From an uncultured delta proteobacterium (GTDB taxonomy: Bacteria; Desulfobacterota; Desulfomonilia; Desulfomonilales; Desulfomonilaceae), in NCBI GenBank assembly GCA_963789265.1, contig CAWBKB010000006.1, positions 288,001-352,000 of the forward strand: 64,000 nucleotides of DNA, read 5' to 3'. Numbering within the stretch: the first letter of the stretch is position 1; the number at the start of each line of letters is the position of its first letter. This document shows positions 61,576 through 64,000 of the stretch, piece by piece. The notes beneath the pieces were generated by a model. It saw nothing but the letters and a program-made list of their open reading frames with translations. It was not told where the DNA came from and ran no database searches. The translations under genes and the position numbers were made by a program.

Positions 61576-62808
61576 ATGCAGCTAAAGGCAATATTAAAAT
61601 TCCTGCGTGATCGTCTTGGCCGCCTCCCACTTTCTTTTCCTTCTGCAAGAAGTGTCCGGACGGCAACCCCAAAGGAATCCACCGCTCCGTATTTCATCGA
61701 GGTTTCCGACAGGGCATTCGACGAATTGAACGTGAGTCTGCACGGAAAGATATCCGTGGAAAATGCAGATCGTATTCGGAGGAGACTGGTGGAGACGGTC
61801 AGCGGCCAACCGTTGAAGAACGTTGTCCTAGATCTCGGGGAAGTAGAATATTTCGATAGCTCGGCAGCCGCTGTACTCATAGAAGTGCACCGATTATGCG
61901 CGGACCGGCAGAACTCTCTTAAATTGATTAATGTGCCTCCTCGGATAAGCAGCTTCCTAAATCTTGTGGACTTCGAGCATTTCAAGAGCGCGGGCATTCT
62001 CCAGCCTCGACCTGAACCGCCGGTGCTGGTTCAGATCGGTGAGGGGACTCTGGTCCTGCGTCGGAACGTGCGAGACATTATTACCTTCATCGGCGCGTCG
62101 GTAGCGGCCCTCGCGAATGATCTGGCTCATCCCATGAACTTGAAGTGGGATCGGCTTTGGCAACTCGTAGATAGGAGCGGCGCTGACGCGGTACCCATAG
62201 TGACGATCCTCAGTTTCTTGATGGGGGCAATTCTTGCATTTCAAGGGGCCATCCAACTTAGGAAGTTTGGCGCGAACATCTTCGTCGCGGACCTAGTGAG
62301 CCTTTCAATTTGTTTGGAGATGGGACCATTGCTGACCGCTCTGATCGTCGCCGGCCGGTCGGGCGCGGCTTTTGCCGCGCAGATAGGGACAATGCAGGTG
62401 ACCGAAGAGGTGGATGCGCTGCGAGTCATGGCCATTGACCCCATCCGGTACCTGGTCTCTCCCAGAATATTGGCTGTAGCTTTGGCCCTTCCGTGCCTCA
62501 CCATTTTTGCGGACGTGATAGGCATGGCGGGCGGTTGTCTGGTTGCGGTCTTCTCCCTGGACCTCACCCCCGTCGGGTATTTCAATCAGATTCATAAGGT
62601 GCTCGAATTGAGCGATGTCATAAAGGGCCTTGTCAAAAGCTTTGCCTTTGGAATTGAGATAGCCACAATAGGATGCCTGAGAGGGTTTCAGGTGAGGGGT
62701 GGAGCCGAGAGTGTAGGGAATGCCACTACATCCGCAATTGTGACTTCCATCTTTATTCTGACCATCACAGATGCCGTTTTCGCGGTGCTCTATTACTATC
62801 TTCCTTAA
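61576..62808 (+). CDS. mlaE: MlaE-family ABC permease with N-terminal STAS domain
   Basis: STAS LDLGEVEYFDSS; EMGPLLTALIVAGRSG and EEVDALRVMAIDP. Confidence 0.9.
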   Translation: MQLKAILKFLRDRLGRLPLSFPSARSVRTATPKESTAPYFIEVSDRAFDELNVSLHGKISVENADRIRRRLVETVSGQPLKNVVLDLGEVEYFDSSAAAVLIEVHRLCADRQNSLKLINVPPRISSFLNLVDFEHFKSAGILQPRPEPPVLVQIGEGTLVLRRNVRDIITFIGASVAALANDLAHPMNLKWDRLWQLVDRSGADAVPIVTILSFLMGAILAFQGAIQLRKFGANIFVADLVSLSICLEMGPLLTALIVAGRSGAAFAAQIGTMQVTEEVDALRVMAIDPIRYLVSPRILAVALALPCLTIFADVIGMAGGCLVAVFSLDLTPVGYFNQIHKVLELSDVIKGLVKSFAFGIEIATIGCLRGFQVRGGAESVGNATTSAIVTSIFILTITDAVFAVLYYYLP

Positions 62809-62921
62809 GTCAGAAAAATGTGAATATATGGGGGAAGGCTTGTTGAGGCCGTGCAACATATCGCCGCGGCCATACCAAAAATTCACACTTTACCGAACAT
62901 TCCGCTGATTCCGAGGAGTCC

Positions 62922-63698
62922 TTGGATAGCTCGACAAACGACAGCACTGCAACCCGTACTATCATATCCGTTAAGAACCTTAGAGTGGGATATGGAGACG
63001 AAATCATATTGCAAGATGTCTCCTTTGACGTTGGGGAGGGGGAGGTGTTTGCGATTCTGGGTCGGTCGGGTTGCGGAAAGACCACGCTGTTCAAGGCCAT
63101 CATAGGGCTTCTTCCCCCCGCCGGGGGCGAAGTTATCATTGATGGCGAACGAGTGCTGCCGGTCGCAGAAGAGGGTGCGGGGCGCGTGCTTCGGAAGATT
63201 GGGGTGCTTTTTCAATCGGGTGCTTTGTTTAGTTCTATGAGCCTGGCTGAAAATGTCGCATTTCCCCTACGTCAATACACCACCTTGCCGGAAAGAACCA
63301 TCGAGCAACTAGTGACACTGAAGCTCTCGCAACTCGGACTGGCAGGGTGGGAGAAGTCGCTCCCTTTGGAACTGAGCGGCGGTATGCAGAAAAGGGCGGC
63401 ACTAGCAAGAGCGATGGCTTTAGATCCCAAAATCCTTTTCTTTGACGAACCATCTGCGGGGCTGGACCCGGTCACAAGTGTCGAACTCGATCGTACGATC
63501 CTGGAAATCAACCGTGCTCTGGGAACCACTATGGTAATAGTCACGCACGAGTTATCGAGCATCTTTACGATTGCCAACCGAGTCATAATGCTCGACGCTC
63601 AGGAGAAGAGCATCATCGCACAGGGGAAACCCGACGAACTGAAAGAAATGGCCGACGATCATCGAGTCAGAGAGTTCTTCAGCCGTTCGCGGACATGA
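62922..63698 (+). CDS. mlaF: MlaF-family ABC ATPase
   Basis: GRSGCGKT, LFQSGALF, LSGGMQKR and DEPSAGLDP. Confidence 0.92.
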   Translation: MDSSTNDSTATRTIISVKNLRVGYGDEIILQDVSFDVGEGEVFAILGRSGCGKTTLFKAIIGLLPPAGGEVIIDGERVLPVAEEGAGRVLRKIGVLFQSGALFSSMSLAENVAFPLRQYTTLPERTIEQLVTLKLSQLGLAGWEKSLPLELSGGMQKRAALARAMALDPKILFFDEPSAGLDPVTSVELDRTILEINRALGTTMVIVTHELSSIFTIANRVIMLDAQEKSIIAQGKPDELKEMADDHRVREFFSRSRT

Positions 63699-63821
63699 GG
63701 TCGCGCGCTGACTTGCTGTTCGTTGCTGCCGGGACCTGGAGATACAAAGAAAGAGATCCCGCACCACTGGAAAGATTGATTCCCGGCAGAGCAGGCAGGT
63801 CCTGAAATCAAGGAGAAGAAC

Positions 63822-64000
63822 ATGTCCACCCAGGCAGATAAATTCAAAATCGGGCTGTTCGTGGTGTCGAGCTTGTTTGTGGCGGTGGTCTTGGTTATAT
63901 GGCTAGGAGCCTCCCACTTTTTCGAATCCACCCAGGAAGCAGTGGCTTACTTCACGGAGAGTGTCCAGGGACTGGAGGTCGGCAGTTCCGTCAAATTCAG
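63822..64000 (+). CDS. mlaD: MlaD/MCE-domain protein, runs off the right window edge
   Basis: AAGGAG RBS; MSTQADKFKIGLFVV...YFTESVQGLEVGSSVKF. Confidence 0.88.
   Translation, partial: MSTQADKFKIGLFVVSSLFVAVVLVIWLGASHFFESTQEAVAYFTESVQGLEVGSSVKF

Overview
A 64-kb, moderately GC-rich chromosomal window from a dissimilatory sulfite/sulfate-reducing deltaproteobacterium (Desulfobacterota; a Desulfomonile-like lineage is my inference). Housekeeping genes include asd, a thiolase, an aconitase, hldE, a thiD-thiN fusion, moaA, a TIGR03960-type radical SAM gene with rng, a DinG helicase and mlaEFD. The dsrABD operon lies divergent from an unknown gene plus two tandem dsrN/cbiA-like paralogs, with an IS1182-family element between them. 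The most interesting items are: (i) a sigma54-promoter-driven catabolic operon (PaaK-like CoA ligase, DUF35, SCP2-type thiolase, two overlapping DUF2148 Fe-S/nitroreductase-like paralogs, acyl-CoA dehydrogenase) next to its PAS kinase and NtrC-type activator; (ii) a thioredoxin-TPR selenoprotein (UxxC plus a SECIS-like hairpin) that the ORF track splits in two; (iii) a secreted poly-Ser/Gly-Tyr/Cys repeat peptide; (iv) short MITEs with IS-type ends and target-site duplications that carry REP-like palindromes; (v) a decayed toxin-antitoxin cluster. About 11 otherwise intact genes, including dsrA, have small frameshifts that most likely reflect assembly indel errors. No rRNA, tRNA or CRISPR array was seen. 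All family calls are from motif recognition by eye, not database searches.
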